Shown: positions 10,896 to 26,722 of the stretch, in pieces | Layout of the letters: each line of letters opens with the position of its first letter | Numbering within the stretch: the stretch's first letter is position 1 | From: Octopus sinensis | Taxonomy: Eukaryota | Assembly: GCF_006345805.1 (NCBI RefSeq) | Contig: NC_042999.1 | Span: forward strand, 94,364,001-94,428,000 | Reading direction: 5' to 3' | Length of the DNA: 64,000 nt | Made by a program: the position numbers and the translations under genes | The notes under the pieces: model-generated | Told to the model about the DNA's origin: nothing | The model's database searches: none | The model's input: the letters and a program-made list of their open reading frames with translations, nothing else

Positions 10896-12879
10896 ACAAC
10901 CAGTTCTACTTGCCTGTATACATATATTTGTATGTACATACATATATACAAACACATACGCGAGTATAACTATATTTCACAAGTTCGTGTTCCCTCAGAC
11001 AAGGAAAACATTCGATGTTGATATTGCTTGGAGAAGAAAAAGTATCCTTATGAAATAATATGAGAGAGAAAAGAAGCAAAAAAGAAAAAAAAACGATGGG
11101 ATATTAATGATGTTCTCAAAATGTCGGACACATGCGTTTTTCTTTTGTAACTTAAAAACCTACGACACACTAAAATCAGCTGTTCTCGTTTAAAATGAGA
11201 TCGTATACTTTTGCAGAATACGTGGCCTCCACTGTCTCCACTTAGCGTCGAAACTTTGTGGGCAAATTTTCGTTGGGAACGTCGGACTATTATTTGGGTT
11301 CAACAAAGTGTGTTCATAAAAGTAGCCGTGGGAAGATAGATTGTGTAGAAAGCGGGAATAAGACGCATGTCAAATTCCTTTATTTGTGTTAATAGGAGGT
11401 GTTCCCTAAGTGAGTTACTAGAGTAAGTTAAAGTACTAGATTTTTATATGAAAGAATTTTGTCTTGCTTTTTATATAGGTTTTACAACAGAAACGGATGT
11501 GTACATGCATGATTTCTCAATGTAAAAACATCTTACATACACACATACGTACACACACACACACACGCCCGCACGCACACACAGACATATACGTGAATAT
11601 AAGTATATATACACACGTACATTCACACACATATACATACTTATATACATACGTGTGTATGCATATTGCATTTCAATAACTTGTTTTCATTAAGAATCTC
11701 TAGAATAACAAAGTAGTACAGTTAGTTAATTCAACTGAAGTTATTTGATTTTAATAAGATTCCTGGAAACGAAATTAAAAACTAAGATATATTCATACAC
11801 TCTTCCCTGTTTCGATAATATTACTGTTCACCCAGTTCTTAATTGTGTTGTGTCAGTTCTACACAGAGACGTAAATTATATTTTCTTTATCACTGTCTGC
11901 TGTATGAATAACAGTCAAACTAGGGACGATTTTATTACATTGAACAACGTCTCACTTTCCTAATGAATGCAAACCTGGAAAGTAATTCTTTTCATGTTGA
12001 TAGCACAAGCGCAAGAAAGATGAGAGAACAATAATTCTATTTGAGCTCAACATTGAAAGAGACGTCACGAAAATTGCAAACATTATTTAGATTATCACCC
12101 AACACTTTTTACTACTACTACAACTTTTGCATTTACAAGATACTACCATTAAACGATTAATTTTAATCGACCTCATACACTTTGCATGTGTTAATGGACA
12201 CAAGGAGATATTTCAAATTTTATGATGAATAAATATTGTTAAAACGAGTCTTCATCCATTTGCTTGGCCTTTCTCGTTTAAAGTGATGTTAACTTTATAT
12301 GCATACCGCTGTCATCCTCCGTGTATCTCTGTTTCTCCCTGGAGATAACAGTAGGCAGAAGACTCAGATTTATTATACTGCCACTTTGATTTAATAACAT
12401 CTCTCAAATCATCTAATACCAGACAGCTGGTGATGCAGCTAAACTGAACATACTACAAGGCTGTTGGAAACTTTTAGAATAATGCCGAATTCATTAATAG
12501 TCAATTTGTCATTGCTGATTACTAATCGAACTAAAATGACTAATCAATTAATTTCATTGTTATCTCTGTGCTGATAAATCTGAAATGTCATGACATCATT
12601 GGAATATATAATCATCATTCTCACAATGATTATCAACATGGATGTCTCTGACACAACCACAGCTACTACCTACACCCTCTTCTTCAGCAATACCACTTCT
12701 TGAATATTTTCCTCCTCCCTTTCCCCTCATCATCATCATCAAAGGAGGTAGGTGGCTCAAAGGATGCCCAATCCTGTTGTCAATGAGGAAAACAATCAGA
12801 GATGGTACGTCAAACAGAAGATAAAAGTTTGCTCGTTAGTGTTAGAATTGTGACACACCGAAAGATATTTAAGAAACAC

Positions 12880-13945
<1,066 letters not shown>

Positions 13946-16900
13946 AGCAATGTATGTCGAATGACTGCAATGTATTCTATATGACATATGTTTTCTTAGG
14001 CTTAGTAACGTCAAGAATTAAATTGAGGAATAGAAAATTTCACCGAATTGTCAGTTTCTTTTTTCTTAAATGATTCTTCCACTGTTCTTTAATTTTCAGT
14101 TTTATGTCACGCATCCAAAACTGAAATAAAATTAAATGGTCGAATGAAATACTATTATATGCATATATGTGTTTCCATTGCTACAGCCCTCTTCTGAATA
14201 CAATGAATGCGCGTAAAAACAGACACTCACAATCATATATACATAATACGTAATGGGACCTTCAAAATGTTTGCGAACCAAAAAATACCCAAATAATTAT
14301 AGGATGGCAATTATCAATTAGCGTTTTTGGCAATATAAGATGGTACCCATAATTCCAATAGCAATTGTAACCGGTAATTTTTCAAGGATTTTGATTTACA
14401 ATTCATTAATTTAATTTTTGGCTTGATAATTAAATGGACTATTTTGTGTTTTGTATCTATTTATCTGTGTGTATATGAACGATCCTTTCAATTTCAGTAT
14501 AAATTCCTTCATGGAAAGATTCTACTTCTTCACGTTGCTTAAAACATACCCTGTGGCTCGAAACTTACGCTCAGAAAAGTGGTTAATATTTATGTTTAGA
14601 ATTTCTAAACCCATGTCAAAGCGTTAACGATTTCGCTAGTATGTAAATGTTTAACGTTTCATAAAATTTTCAAATATATTCACAGAAAAGAACATCTAAG
14701 AGACGATGGTGGAAACACTTCGCTATTTCAACGATAATAGTGCTTTCTCTACATATTATTCTGTTTCTTTATACTAGCGCTTAGTTAGCAAATTGCAGAA
14801 TTGTATAAAATTACGAGACAATTTACAAAGATAAAGCTGGACTCAATTAAAAATTATGGAAATAGTTCCAGGCATGGAACATGTTTGATTTTTTAATGCG
14901 TTTAATGAAGGAAAATATATTCACAAGAAAACAGAATGAGTTTCTCATTTTGTTTTATATCTTCAGTTCAGTTTATTTTATTTTTACTAGAAGTCTTCTG
15001 TCTCCGAAAACTGAATCGGATGATCCGCTGGTTGACATTAATTCTAATAAAATGTATTTATACCCCGCCCCCAGTTTTCGTTGTTGCAATTTTAAAACGG
15101 AGATAATATATCTTCAATTCAAGAATATGAAAGAGTGTGGATAGGAAAATGTTGAAAATGTTATGAATTGTTTCAACGAATGATTTTAATCTCAATATGC
15201 TGTCAAATATAGGTAATATAAAGTTTAAAATAACAAATCCTTCCTTCATTATTTCTTTCCTTCCTGTCTTTCTTCCTTTGCTAACTAATGTAATACTATA
15301 AAAAGTTATTCTTTGTGAAATTGATCGTACATAACACTTTCTTGCATCATTTAAATGTCAGAGAATATATAATATGGAAAGGTGTAAATGATGAACTGTA
15401 GTATAACTACCGAACCGGCACTCACGTCATATATGTGCTCCAGCTATGCAATGTACAAAATCAGTCTCAACGCGAATTTCAAAATGTAATCTCAGCGTTA
15501 CTATCGTTTTCTTATCAGTATGATAACTTTGATTCTGAAAGCTATCTCAGGAGAATTATGCATACATCTCAGAGCTAGAATCAGGCAGATATTTTACTTT
15601 TGCTTAAGCAAGAAACTCAAAGTAAATATGTTTTGGTCTCTTTAATATATTATTTGCTAGACTGAATTACTGGAATATGCGCGATCAAGGTATTGTCTTA
15701 AAGCTTTATCAGATGATAATAACATTCTTTTCATATAATTTCTATACCATGTATTGTTTCTATGGAAACTACATATATGAGAAATGCTATATATTTTAGC
15801 AGCATTCAACAGAAATTCCATTATGTTATTAGATTCCATCAATAAGACATATACGTCAGTATCGGAATACCAATTTTCTATAAATGCTCGATTTCATAAT
15901 GAATTTTCCTAACCTGTGTTGTATACAATTCTTTGAATGTCTTTAGAGGAGAAATACATTTAAAATGGCAAAACTTTCCAGAGTATATGGTGGCATAAAT
16001 ATATTTGAAAGGTTTTAGATAAGGCACATTTCCCAAATTATATGTGAATAATATATATTTTTTATCTTACGAGCCAGATTTTTGGGAAACTAAAAATGTT
16101 TATAAATACATATAAAACTGTAATATCCATATAGATGAAGCGGTAGGTTCTTTCCATCTAAACATTAGATTTCGGGTAACACCAACACAAAGATGAACTT
16201 TATTCCTGAGTTATACCTTTTAATAATATTACTCAGTCAAATGCATGGAAGAACATATATATTTGATATCCTAGAAATAGCAGATAAATCTCTCGTAACT
16301 CACTTTTTATCATGTTAAAATAATAGACTGGATAAACTAATTTTATATATCACTTATTTGACAATAACTTTCGTTGTTCAATAAAAGAAAAATAGATTTA
16401 TATTCATTAATCCTATCTATTGACTTGTTCATATGAACTATGTTTATATTTTCTGAGCATATATAAACGATATCCTTACTGCTAAACCTTCTAATTTAGC
16501 CAAAGCAAATATGTAAATATACTAGAAAGTCAGCCTTGTAAAACTGAAGCATCTATATATAAATTTCTAGAAATTTCGATCAACCAAAACTGCATGAACT
16601 CAATAATCAGTTAAATGGTACGAGAAATGGCAAATTTTAACGAGGATTCTGCAACCATATATCATGCAAGCATATAAAACAAATCACTGTTATATCTGCT
16701 TACGAATGAACACGCTACACCATGTGAAAGATACGAGATTCACACAACATATTAAGTAGAATATTTGCAGCATACACCCCCCCCCCCACACACACACACA
16801 CGTATGTACACGTGCGCGTGTGTGTGTAACGTATTATGTATTAATTTCGTCGATTGTTTTCCGATCTCATGCTAAAAATATATGTTAAATTAATAACATA

Positions 16901-19900
16901 GAGGAAACGAGACTGAAACACCAACCAGCATGCATATATATGTATGAATATTAGGCAATATTTGGCTGTGAGAAGTTATCAAAAATCTGCTGTAATCAAG
17001 AAATAGACTACAATGCTATAGAAAACGGAAATTAGGAGGCTCCATATTTTCAAATCGTAAAAACATTTTTCAGTTAATCAGTGATAACCCGAGCAATCGA
17101 CCAGCCGTCTTGTAGTTTCGCCTCCTGTAAATGTATTTTTATTTTTATTTTCTACTTTCAACCGATTAGAAAAACCTTTACTAAAGATACAATATTAAGT
17201 ACTTTACGTGGAAGATCTCTAGAGCTTGGGGCATCAAATCATACTTCTAATGGTATTAGATGTTTAATTTTGTCGTGGGGAACGTAAATCAGGATAAAGT
17301 CCCTGAAATCATATAAGCAGTCATCGAACTGCTGACATCTCTCAATTTTTCTTAACAGTAAAGGTGAAAATACAAATGAAATTCCGAAACCTAAATTTAG
17401 CTATGTATTTCAGGGAAGTGTATGATTATGAGTCACCCATGAATACAACCATTAATCATCCAAAATACAAGGACACTAGTTAAGTATATAAAAAAAACAT
17501 ACATATACATATGTACACTTCTATATTTGTATATTATGTGTGTGTGTGTATCCATATTTCACGACTATGTTCGAGTTTTATCTTCATTATATATTTTTGG
17601 TGTTTTGTTATCGGAGAATTTTGCAGGTAGTTTGAAACCTTGCATTGTGTTGGGATAAAGAAATGTTTATATTCTGTGAGCAAACGATATAAACGAGCAT
17701 AATTCGATACAAATATTTATAGATCCTGTTTGGTTTTGCTGCATTAAATTAATAATTGCTTAAAGGTTAACATACGCTCTTGTGTCATTAAGGTAAGGCC
17801 TACCATTTCCTTTTCCGTTTTGTTCCATATTCAGATAGACATGTCATAAATACGCGTATAGCAATATATTTTCTGGAACGGAAGGACATGATTATACTTA
17901 TTTATACTTCTCGTTCATGATAAACACGATAATTAACAGTTATATATTAGGTCAATTCCTTTGCCAGTAAACCCAAATCCAACAAACATCAACATTTCCT
18001 ATAGAAAAAATCAAACTCATAGTGGTTCTGAAGAGTAAAAAGTAAAACAAAATATACACTAGACTTGCTGAGAATAAAATGGTATTGCTTCCTGTCGATG
18101 TTTCTAAATTGATTTCAATCAATAAACATATCAATATATATACAAGCACACTCACACACACGTGCGCCTATACATAATACATACATACATATATATCTCA
18201 GTTGGCTATTGAATAAATTCAGCATTAACTCTATAAATCCTTTTTCGTAATAGACTTTCTTTGCTATTTATATTCTAGGCATTGTAAAACAAAGATTTTT
18301 GATAAATAGAATTAAATATATTCAATCAAAAAGCAAATCTTTCATTATTTATTAATACTACTATAAATATATTTGATAAATGTCGAATACCATATTAAGC
18401 CATATATACGTTTTTTTATGTTTTTATTTTGGATATTATATTACTCATATTTTTAATGCAACTCTCTTAATCTTCATTGCAATGTTTTTTTCGGCATCAT
18501 TTTGATCCATTCGTAAGATTAATGTGCTATAGTTTATACTTTAGAGTTATTTTACTCCGGTATGCTTCTTTTAACGTCCTAGAAATTCCTTATAATTTTT
18601 ATTGTACGGATAACCGCTCTAAACACTAAGTATTCACTGTGCGAAGAGACTTGACATGAAAAATTATGAAACACCTTCCGTTCCCAAAAAATGTGTTTTA
18701 TTGAAACTTGCAAGTAGTGGTATTTTTAAAATAAAGGTTCGTTCGTTAGTTGGTAATATACAAATGGCATTGACCAGTGTACACTGAATATTCAGTTGAA
18801 GGAATATACAGATATATATAGTTTGAGAGAAAAATAAAAGAGAGAGAGAGAGACATAATTTTGAATATTTTAGGGAATCTGATTATAACTAAGTATAAAC
18901 TTAGGTATACTCTGTAGCAATAACCAGATGATGTTTCATTAATAAATTTAAAAAACCTAGGATAAACACATGTATTATTGTATAGCAACGTAATCATTTG
19001 TCGTTCATGTTTCTCAGAAATGCAAATAGCGAACGTAATATGGTGTATACTATATCGTAGGGTATTGGGTCATACAGCAACATCACTCTATGTGCCATAG
19101 ATCATTCTAAGGTCGCATTTGGCGATAACACTGTCTACTGTTACAAACACTGTACTTTGAATGCATTTATAAGTAACTCGTTAAAATATCCAATAAAATT
19201 TCTATAGCGGGAAACTTAAGCTGTGATATTTAACATACATATCGTTTTCAATAACGGTAGGTGATATTAGGAGAAAAACGGGGAGACATAATTATATTCT
19301 TTCAATAGTAATTTTCTTTTGCGTGGTACGCGTACATTATTTCTTGTGGAAAGCATTCCAATGATAGCTGTGCATAAATTTACCAAGACTATAGGTAGCT
19401 GTAATGAATCGAATGATTTTCTCAGAACTGAAATCGTTCTCGAATCTAACATTACAATTATTCTATCATTTTTTCTCAGTACATTTATATGTTAAGGATA
19501 AACATCATCAAGGTAGCACATTATTTATTGTAATACAATACAGTATACAGATACTGGCATAATGAGTCGAAGCCTTTACGCAGGAAGTGAAACTCTCTCT
19601 AACGAATCCAAAGAAATATAGTTCTTAGTATACGTTTCCGCTAACCTAGTTTATGATGATATTGCATTACTTCACATCATATTGATTCTAAGACGTTCCG
19701 TATTAAAAATAAACATAACATGAATTTGGCATCGGAAAGTAATGATGATATTGTCATTTGTTGTGATTTTCATAAATTATATACATTTATATAAATTGCA
19801 ACGCAAAATTCCTGAATAATTTTGAATCATTTTTCAAGAATTGTTGATAGAATTTAATGAAAGGCTGCCGCTAAAAATCTGTCTTTGATAATATTTTCTA

Positions 19901-20552
19901 TGTAGAAAATAAGCAGTATGCAATATAGAGACATGATGACCAAGAAAACCTTACATAACATCATTATAAAGAGAACAACTTTTTAGGTAATGAGTTCAAA
20001 TTCCACCAATACCAACTTAAACTTTTAAGTTTAGAATAAATAAAGAATCATTGAAGCACTTAGGTTCGTAGCATCGAGTAATCTCCTCTTGCAAAAGTTC
20101 ATTGCAACTATCTATAGCAAAAATATCCTGTTATATAAAATTCTATACAGCTCAAAAGTTGCAATTTCTGTCTCATACATAATAAGAAACTTTTAATCGC
20201 AGCCTTCCCAATATCTTAGCGGTTAGAGATTAAAAGAAAAAAAATAATATTTATATAAATAACATGAATGTATGAATAAAAGAGGAAAATATAATTTCCA
20301 TGGTATGGAAACTCCAGAGGCACATTTCATATTATATTATTTTCATATTAATATAAGTTGAAGGCTGACATAGGTTAGGAAAGTGCAGCTGAGTGAGATA
20401 AATTTCCAGCAACAGAAAAGGAACAGCACATTTACAGAAACATAATTTTGCTTGTATATACCTTGCTAACAACATTCCCAAACAAACTGATAATTTTCTC
20501 TGTCAATCTCTGTTTCTTTCTTTATCTCTCGCTCTCTCTCTGCATATATATA

Positions 20553-20684
<132 letters not shown>

Positions 20685-20810
20685 ATGTGTGTATGTATAC
20701 AATCATCAAAACGTATATATGTAAATAACATACGTACATGTACATGTACACACGCACACACATCTGTACATATATATACATATATATCATTTTGTCAACA
20801 CATATGTATG

Positions 20811-20850
<40 letters not shown>

Positions 20851-21158
20851 GTGTGTGTGTGTGCATGTGTATGTATGTTCACTATAAATGAAGGTCGGAC
20901 TTGCATTTTTCAACCTTTGACACTGTAGTTGAACTTTTGTTAGAAAGTAATTTTGGTTAATATATACCAGTCTGGACAGAAATATTGAGGCTATGCTAAT
21001 GATTTTTGTAGCTGCAAATTGAGACTCTTTCATCTTAACTTTCAGTCATTGCTCCTCGTAAAGCCTTGGTTAAGAAATCACATACAAATCTATATAAACA
21101 GATGAAATTGTTTGTTAATGGAAATGGCGTAATTTACGAGCAACACAAACACAAAGAT

Positions 21159-21206
<48 letters not shown>

Positions 21207-21614
21207 CGTGCGTGCGCGAGTGTATTTATATACTACTTTTGCTTTTTCCTGTTTCTCTATATGTAATCGTGGTAGTGCATATAGATTTTCTGTCAAACAA
21301 ATACAATTTATATCCAAGAATTATATCGTATATAATGAAGGAGAACTTCCATGAAATTTAGAATTGCACAAAACATCAAACATACTCTCGTTTTCGCAGT
21401 AACATTACAAACATTAATATTGCGAAAAAGAAATAAGTTCCTAGGAAGTTAGGGCATTACAAAATATTACACTCTAAAGGTTTCTACAACTAATAGTAGA
21501 TTCAGGAGTAACATGAGAAAGCGAGAATACAAAGGTGCACAAATATACTATATGTGTATATATATGTATATATATATTTATATATATATATGTGTGTGTA
21601 TGTATGTATATATA

Positions 21615-21678
<64 letters not shown>

Positions 21679-21984
21679 CACTGGCGAAAATAAATTTAAG
21701 ACAGATGATAAAAGTTCTATTTCTTACAAAATATTTTGTTACTAACACCATACAAATTCTTTTTATCTTTTACACTTTATGCAGAATTTATTTCTCTTTC
21801 GAATGAGGAACACAATAGCTATTTTTATACAACTTGAAGAATTCTAAGGCTAAATTAATATAAACGTTTCAAATTTACCGGCAAAATTAGTTTAAGACCG
21901 CATCATCATAATTTTATTTAAAGGTTAACATTTTAGCAAAAATAACCAACAGCAACGAAATACATATTAGTACTTTGTGCTGTA

Positions 21985-22576
21985 GCCTTTATTCTTAATA
22001 ATGGCTGAACAACGCCTCGGCATTGAATTCGCTAAGCAGGGAACTTGTCCGGACCCACTGCTGAATCAGGTTTTGATTTCTTCTATTGCTGCTAGGATAT
22101 CAGTGGCATCGAAGGTTATGTAGGACGGGACATGTTGAGGATTGAAAGAAGCAAAGCTGCTTGAATCAACTCTATCAGGGTCGCTGAAGACAGAACAGTA
22201 TTGACTTTGCAGGATACCATCCACGTCATTGGCATCACTATGAAGAATACCGTTTCCGTCAACCAGTGGGACGTTAGAGGAAACTGTGTTCTGATGTGTT
22301 TTTGCAAAGGAGTAGAAGACCTTAGGACTATTCTTGATGTTTTTAATAGTCCAGGCTTCCTCTGCAGCACTTTAGTCGTTTATGAGGGTTCTCATACAGA
22401 CCTGCATTTGTTGCTTCCGTGATGCCAAGGTTGTTAATTTCTCGATTGGTGGTGATACTGATGGTGGTATTTTAGAGTATTGATTTTTCATTTTATTCTA
22501 TTTATTATCCTGCTGAGCGCTTTCCTTTGTTTTGGAATCCTGTTATTACGAATCGTGAGGGTCTGTGTTTTGAGCA
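21985..22576 (-). mobile_element. APE-type LINE (CR1/Jockey-group-like) fragment, part downstream of the mariner
   Basis: Minus strand: IKNIKNSPKVFYSFAK...LVDGNGILHSDANDVDGILQSQYCSVFSD and ITFDATDILAAIEEI..SAVGPDKFPA, typical of the EN-RT linker and RT start. Confidence 0.75.
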
Positions 22577-22578
22577 TA

Positions 22579-23869
22579 CGAGGGGCGTTCAATAAGTAAT
22601 GCCCCTGACCCACTTCCCATAGCAGTAGAGCAACGAAACCTGGCACAGGTATTAGTATTTTTCTACATAGGAACCACCCAGAGTTACGCATTTCTCCCAT
22701 CGTTTGATGCGGCTCCGGAGACCGTTTTTGTAGAAGAACCCAGCTTGGTCCTCCAACGTCAACGTGACTTCAGAAATCAAGGCTGCATCATCTGGGAAAC
22801 GCTTTCCTTTCAAAAACAACTTCATGATTGGGAAGAGGTGAAAATCAGAGGGTGCAAGGTCAGGAAAGTAGGGGGGATGAGGAGGAGTTCATAGCCATAC
22901 GCCTGTGCATCTGATCTGGCGACAAGCGAGTTGTGGACCGGAGCGTTGTCCTGCAGGAGGAGGATGCCTTTGCTGATCTTGCCCCGCCTCTTGATTTTGA
23001 TAACTTCTCTTAATTTCCTCAAAAGTGAAGCATAATAGGCTCCTGCAATTGTGGTACCTTTTGCCAGGAAATCTGTCATCACTACTCCGTCCTGGTCCCA
23101 GAAGACTGTGAGCAAACCTTGCCAGCAAAGGGCTGCACCCTTGCCTTCTTTGGAGGGGGTGAGTCACGGTGCTTCCACTGCATTGACTGGGCTTTGGTCT
23201 CTGGATCATCGTGATGGACCCAGGTTTCATCCTGTGTAATCAATCTTTTGAAAAATTTTGACTCATCTTCTTGGCACTTCTCCAAATTCCCCCTCGAGCA
23301 CTCGACGCGTTCTTGCTTCTGGAAAGGCGTGAGCAACCTGGGAATCCATCTGGCAGACACCTTTTGCATATGCAAATGGTCATGAATGATAGTTTCCAAA
23401 GACCCGGTACTAATCTTGACATCATGGGCTATTTGGCGAATAATTATGCGTCGATCTTCCAAAATGGCAGCCTCAACTTGACGGACAGATGCCTTATCAA
23501 TGGCAGAAGGGGGCGACCAGATCTGGGAGCTGTTTCCACAGAGTTCCGACCATGTTTGAATTCAAGATGCCAGCGTTTTACAAGGTCATATGATGGGGGC
23601 ATCATCACCATAAGTTACTTTCATTTCATCAAAAGAGACCCGTGGTGTGCGTCCTTTCCAATACAAAAACCGGATCACTGCTCGACACTCAACAGGCTCT
23701 ATTTCACACTTGACTCGGTTCAAACACCTGTAAATCAGAAACCACAATTAATTCAGAGCTGTAATTTGCCACTTACTCTATAGACATATAAATGTTTGCA
23801 CATGCAAAATTTCAGCTAGATCAAACAATTGCAAGTGGGTCAGAGGCATTACTTATTGAACGTCCCTCG
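22579..23869 (-). mobile_element. Full-length (1291 bp) mariner DNA transposon, non-functional
   Basis: TIRs cgaggggcgttcaataagtaatgcccctgacccactt and aagtgggtcagaggcattacttattgaacgtccctcg. TA duplication at 22577-22578 and 23870-23871. Confidence 0.95.
22652..23702 (-). pseudogene. Mariner DD34D-type transposase pseudogene
   Basis: Motifs CRAVIRFLY, RSGRP, WIPRLL, QDETW, MLTVFWD, QDNAPVH, a frameshifted YSPDLAPSDF region, C-terminus RWEKCVTLGGSYVEKY*. Start appears as ATA and several frameshifts are present. Confidence 0.9.
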
Positions 23870-23871
23870 TA

Positions 23872-24210
23872 TGTGGGTGGCTGTGTCCTGAAATAGTTGC
23901 CATGCGTTTGTGTTTGTTGCGGTATTGAAAGAAGCAAGGGTGAAAGACCAGTCCAGTTGCAATAAGTTTGGACTTGTGTTAATTCATATTAACAAATGGA
24001 TGCACTGGAGTTAATGATTTTATGCCGAATCTTTGTATTCTGAAGATTGAGGTTACACAGTACTATGTCATGATCGGACAGGAGTTTTTGCCCCCCACTG
24101 TGATGTTATAAATAGTGCCAGCATGGTTGCTTAGCACTACAGGAGAAACCCAGAGTAATTTATTTGTCAAAGAAAACTCTCTCTACAATAAAAATCAGTA
24201 TACTAGCTAA
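23872..24210 (-). mobile_element. Same APE-type LINE, part upstream of the mariner (end of endonuclease)
   Basis: LLSDHDIVLCNL (APE SDH motif). Removing the mariner and one TA restores TATHICSKHRP across the junction. Confidence 0.75.
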
Positions 24211-24846
24211 AGGATTAAAATACATATATATATATATGTGTGTGTGTGCGTGTGCGTGTGTGTATTGTGGAGGTGCATTGCTCACTGGCTAGAGTCAGAC
24301 ACATAATCATAAGATTGTGATTTCGATTCACCATGGACCGGCTGATACGTTTGTACTTGAGCAAAAACAAATTACATGAAGCAATGATTTTATGATTGTC
24401 CTTCCTCAATTTTACCCATCTTCTAAACTTTTTCGATCGAATTCCTCCTTCCTCTGTTCTTTCTATGCTTTCTTCTCTTCAAAAGTCACCTTCTCTTCCT
24501 CTTAATTCTTTCTTTTCCAGATCAACACTCCTCTGCATCTTTCCTTCATACCCCCCGTTCACTCTCATTATATATATTATACTGCCTCTCTACGCTCTCC
24601 TTCCAATGCCTGTACCATTCCTTCATTGTTCTGGTCGGTTATGACCAGAATTGATTCTGACAAAAGTAGGGTTAATTTTTCAGGTAAATCAACTTTTCCC
24701 AACGATGAATGGGCCGATTGAGTAAAACTATCAATAACAATCCTATAATAAATACTGGAAAGGTGTGTAAATTAAATTTTCTGTAAAGAAAAATATGTAA
24801 TAACATTATTTATGTCTTGTTTTATATATATATGCATATATATCGG

Positions 24847-25200
24847 TAGAGGACGTCACTGTAAACAACATGAAATACGAAAACAAATGACTTCAATACG
24901 CAAACAACGAGAGAAACAAATAGAAAACAGGGCAAGTATCATCAAGAACGACCCTTTATCAGTTGTCGGCTGTCTATCTACTCCTTATTTCTAGTATTGA
25001 ACGACAATATGAGTCATCGAAGACAATTACTCTCATGAGTGCCAAAATAATATTTGGGATTTATGGAGGATCGAAGCTGGGGACAAAAACAGGACAATGG
25101 AGACATACTAGGAAACTGAACGAAAACAAATATGGAGGGTCGTAAGACCAGAACGAGGGTAAAATACCGGAGGCTGCAGAAATATTTCCTTGACGAAAGA
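24847..25200. repeat. Unclassified dispersed repeat, copy 1 (copy 2 at 25688-26015)
   Basis: Both copies start tagaggacgtcact..aaacaacatgaaatacgaaaacaaa after a TA run and align over more than 300 bp with many substitutions. Confidence 0.8.
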
Positions 25201-25220
25201 AATGTTAGAAGATATATATA

Positions 25221-25441
25221 TACTCTTTACTCTTTTATTTGTTTCAGTTATTTGACTGCGGCCTGCTGGGGCACCGCCTTTAGTCGAGCAAATCGACTCC
25301 AGGACTTATTCTTTGTAAGTCCACTACTTATTCTATCGGTCTCTTTTGCCGAACCGCTAAGTGACGGGGACGTAAACACATCAGCATCGGTTGTCAAGCA
25401 ATGCTTGGGGGACAAACACAGGCACACAAACATATACACAA

Positions 25442-25478
<37 letters not shown>

Positions 25479-25659
25479 TTTATATACACATATATACGAC
25501 AGGCGTCTTTCAGTTTCCGCCTACCAAATCCACTCACAAGGCAATGGTCGGCCCGAGGCTATAGCAGAAGACACTTGCCCAAGGTGCCACGCAGTGAGAC
25601 TGAACCCGGAACCATGTGGCTGGTAAGCAGGCTACTTACCACACAGCCACTCCTGCGCC
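25221..25659 (-). mobile_element. tRNA-derived SINE, family A, full length
   Basis: A/B-box-like head at the right end, internal (TA)n, (tactctt)-type tail at the left end. Aligns with 13076-13545. Confidence 0.9.
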
Positions 25660-25687
25660 TATATATATATACTTATGCATATATATG

Positions 25688-26015
25688 TAGAGGACGTCAC
25701 TAACAGTAAACAACATGAAATACGAAAACAAATCAGTACAAACCAATGAGAGAGACAAATGGAGAACAGGACAAGCAACATAAGGAACAACCCTTCGTCA
25801 GTTGTCGGCTCTCTAGCTACTCCTCATTGCGAGCATTGAACGCCAATATGAGTCTTCGAAGATTGTTACTCCCATAAGTACTAAAATAATATTTGGGATT
25901 TATGGAGGGTCAAAGTTGTGCAAGGAAGCCGAACGAAAACAAACATGGTGGGTCGTAAGACCAGAACGATGGTAAAATAGCAAACGCTGGAGAAATATTT
26001 TCTTTGAGAAGAGAA
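25688..26015. repeat. Unclassified dispersed repeat, copy 2
   Basis: Diverged direct copy of 24847-25200 with an internal deletion. Confidence 0.8.
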
Positions 26016-26245
26016 AAGATAGAAGCAAGAAATAAGATACCTCTAGTCCTTAGCAGAATCCTGAAAGAAAAAGGAAGATTATCAAGAGAGGAAAAATATA
26101 TGAATGATGGTTACCTTTGAGCAACGCGAGAGAGAAAAGGAGAAAGAGGATCGAGACAAAATGAAGCAGATATTATACGATGAAAGCAAGAAAAGAGAAT
26201 TAGAGAAAGGATGAAAGAGAAATTGCTGTGTATATATATATATAT

Positions 26246-26323
<78 letters not shown>

Positions 26324-26618
26324 GTATATACCCACTTAGAATGGATTGAAAGTGATTCCCATGAAATAAATATATCTGCATCTAAATCTAATTCTTCAAT
26401 GGGACTAGAAATTATGCTTTGATAATGCCAGTGAAGAATCTCATAGCTTAGGATTGCCAATCCCCGTACCCTTTAAATTAAAATATGCTTTCATTTTTGT
26501 TCGAGAAGGTAACAGTAAACTGGTATACTGATTTGGAATGTGATTAGAAACGTAGAGATAATATAAAATCAGATAAATGTTATTGTATTAATCTGTTCCC
26601 GGAATGAAATAATTTTAG

Positions 26619-26722
26619 TGCTGATCCTTAGGAAGAAAATGCAGACATTGCACGCTTTGACTCCACCGTGGTCAGTTCCCAAAAATTAAAATATTCCCTA
26701 TCACATTAAACACCAACTAAAA
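26619..26722. repeat. Short diverged dispersed repeat (second copy at 32113-32215)
   Basis: tgctgatcc..aggaagaaaatgcag.cattg.ac...tggtca...caactaaaa is shared by both loci. Confidence 0.65.

Noticed and set aside
11220-11300. TWPPLSPLSVETLW as a Tc1 transposase remnant
   Set aside because: One short partial motif with no supporting neighbours or TIRs.
14941-14968. Minus-strand CUGAAGA...GAAAC
   Set aside because: No stem II, stem III or NUH site.
23271-23783. 170-aa plus-strand ORF
   Set aside because: Antisense shadow of the mariner transposase.
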